DNA of 64,000 nucleotides from Polymyxa betae A26-41 (Eukaryota; Protista; Endomyxa: Phytomyxea): NCBI GenBank assembly GCA_003693705.1, contig RBZT01000789.1, positions 1 to 64,000 of the forward strand, read 5' to 3'. Shown piece by piece: positions 62,205 to 64,000 of this stretch (position 1 is its first letter; each line of letters starts with the position of its first letter). The notes under the pieces were generated by a model. It saw only the letters and a program-made list of their open reading frames with translations, ran no database searches and was not told where the DNA came from. The position numbers and the translations under genes were made by a program.

Positions 62205-63608
62205 TTAGTAGTTCCACTGTTGATGATTGCTATTGGAATAGTTATCTTGGTTTCTTGAGTGTTTGTTCGGGTAATCATTCTCGTTCTCTCCTTCAGCATA
62301 CGAATCGATCAAATAGCCTGCTTCTCGTGCTTTGGCGTTACGCTTCCTTTTCTTCGCATAGTACAGAACTTCACGGTATGCTTGCTTACATGGATCACAA
62401 CGAGATGGATCATTAGCGAATCCTTTCTCTTTGTGGCGTTGTTGCTCTACTATGGTGAACGTGAACGTGCCATTGCAATCTCGACATGTCAATGTACGGT
62501 CGGCCATTGATGGATTACGTTCACTAGAAGAGCTACTGGAAGAGCTACTGGAAGAATCATCGTTAGAATCAGTGGAGCTGCTAGAATCAGAAGAGCCGCT
62601 GGAACCGCTAGATGACGATGCCGAATGAGTTGAAGAGTCTTCATCATCAGAACCAGATGCTGATTCGGCGGAGGCTGATGACGAATCGCTTGAGGATGCA
62701 TCAGAGGAATCCCTTGATGCGGAGTTGGAAGCCGATGCACTTGACGAAGAATCAGAAGATGATTTCGATTCTGAGGAAGAGCAGGAAGCTGATTCAGTTG
62801 GCGGTGAAGAAATTACGGCAGCATTCTCTAATTAAATGTTTAAGAGATAAATCCATTTATGATACTATAAAACCTGGCAATGATGCTTGTGATGATGAAT
62901 CGGAAGATGAGGGCGAACCAGAAGCTGAAGAATCGGACGATGACCCTGTTGAAGACGACGAAGATGACGATGCTGGTTGCGAGCCTGATTATCTATCAGA
63001 TTCCGAAAACGTAATAGAAGGATTTCGCATACCATTCGAGCTGGAAGATGAAGACGACGAATTAGAATCGGAATCTGAGAGATATCAGCTATCAGCAAAG
63101 AACTGTTCCATAATTGCACCTGATTCTCTGCCAACAGTTGGCTTGCATTTTGAAATGGATTTAGACCCGTCTGAACTCGAGCTTGAAGACGATGATGGCA
63201 GAGAAGGAGACGATTCGGATTCGGAATCGCTACTGAGAACCTGTTTACTCTCTGAGCTGGAGCTTGAAGATGATGATGACGAATTTGAATCAGATTCTGG
63301 AAATGTTAGGTGAGAGAGAGATTTTAAAAGGCTCGTCTTAAACTGCACCTGAACTATTCTGCTCTCTTCTGCTAACTGACTTCTTTGTGGAGGCAATTTT
63401 TTCTTTCTCTAAATGCGACTTTCAGTGAGATCTTTCAGATATTAGAAAAATATTTACTCAGAAATGGCTTCTTAGTAGGCGTTCGGGATGGGAGTCGCTT
63501 CGCTATGAGAGCCATCAATATCAAATTCATCAAACTGTCGATGTGATTACTTTCCGCTTTAACTGATACTTTGCTAGATTTCCGGTTCACATCCAGCTTC
63601 GTCTTCAT
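62205..63608 (-). CDS. Ser/acidic-basic low-complexity (Nopp140/SRP40-like) protein with a C-terminal CxxC-x-CxxC zinc-ribbon (zf-trcl-like) domain
   Basis: Spliced basic N-terminus MKTKLDVNRKSSKVSVKAE, poly-Ser/Asp exons, and C-terminal DRTLTCRDCNGTFTFTIVEQQRHKEKGFANDPSRCDPCK. Confidence 0.7.
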
Positions 63609-63776
63609 CTTGCTAAATTCTGGAATCTCGTTCAGAATTTCAGATTCAGGTCATGAGGTCCGCTTCGGACATTTCTCAAATTTTTTTCAAAAACATTTCT
63701 CAAATTTTTTCAAAAAATCGAGTTGACTTTTATCACAACTTTCAGGTTTTGAACAATATTCGATTTATTACGACTA

Positions 63777-63998
63777 TCAAGGATATAGAAATTTGGAAGC
63801 CGTATCAATAAGCATTCCAACGATGGAATACGCGGCTCCCTTTAAGGCAGGAACAGTGATGATGTCTTCAGATTCCGGTACGACCAACTGCCATTTTTCC
63901 CAATCCAACCGGTTGAAATTGTCACATTTCACTTGTCCTTCCGGGGTACATTGCAGGGTTCGCCCAAAACAATAAGAGACGAAGAAGAAGGCGTTGTC
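63777..63998 (-). CDS. 3' end of a gene with a fascin-like/beta-trefoil-type repeat (runs in from the window end)
   Basis: Open frame DNAFFFVSYCFGRTLQCTPEGQVKCDNFNRLDWEKWQLV...SKFLYP*. Confidence 0.5.
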   Translation of the reverse strand, partial: DNAFFFVSYCFGRTLQCTPEGQVKCDNFNRLDWEKWQLVVPESEDIITVPALKGAAYSIVGMLIDTASKFLYP

Positions 63999-64000
63999 GC

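Noticed and set aside
62612-63313. 233 aa acidic + strand ORF
   Set aside because: Antisense of the poly-Ser minus-strand exons, whose GT-AG intron structure supports the minus strand.
63669-63717. Short direct repeat ACATTTCTCAAATTTTTT(T)CAAAAA x2
   Set aside because: Low-complexity AT-rich slippage duplication in an intergenic spacer with no further support for function.

Overview
Gene-dense eukaryotic (protist) genomic window with about 45% GC background, many ~45-60 nt spliceosomal introns and very short intergenic spacers. TTTTAGGG-type repeats, flagellar (PG-repeat) genes, a 7TM-RGS gene and the compact intron style suggest a plasmodiophorid/Phytomyxea-like organism (inference only). 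It carries about 30 mostly multi-exon housekeeping genes (patatin TAG lipase, BAR-PH-ArfGAP-ANK, 7TM-RGS, Rdx/SelW-like, MnmA/TRMU, bromodomain, RBM5/10-like, TEX10/Ipi1-like, RPS5, ABHD17, peroxisomal MFP, MPDU1, ZNF511-like, STPG-like, double-SET, DOMON-cytochrome b561, GT34) and one tRNA-Leu(UAG). At the left edge lies a decayed SF1 helicase-GIY-YIG element next to a retroelement-like junction. The most notable content is two intronless, GC-rich clusters of secreted-protein genes. The first is four tandem prepro-peptide genes (26.9-29.5 kb) with an 8-Cys CX3CX3CX3C...CX3-4CPX2CX3C ladder, exchangeable spacers and a recurring F-[SGA] boundary motif. The second is three tandem Pro/Thr/Val-rich genes (46.4-49.9 kb) sharing a CCG-repeat upstream motif. 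Exon boundaries of multi-exon genes were inferred by eye and are approximate.
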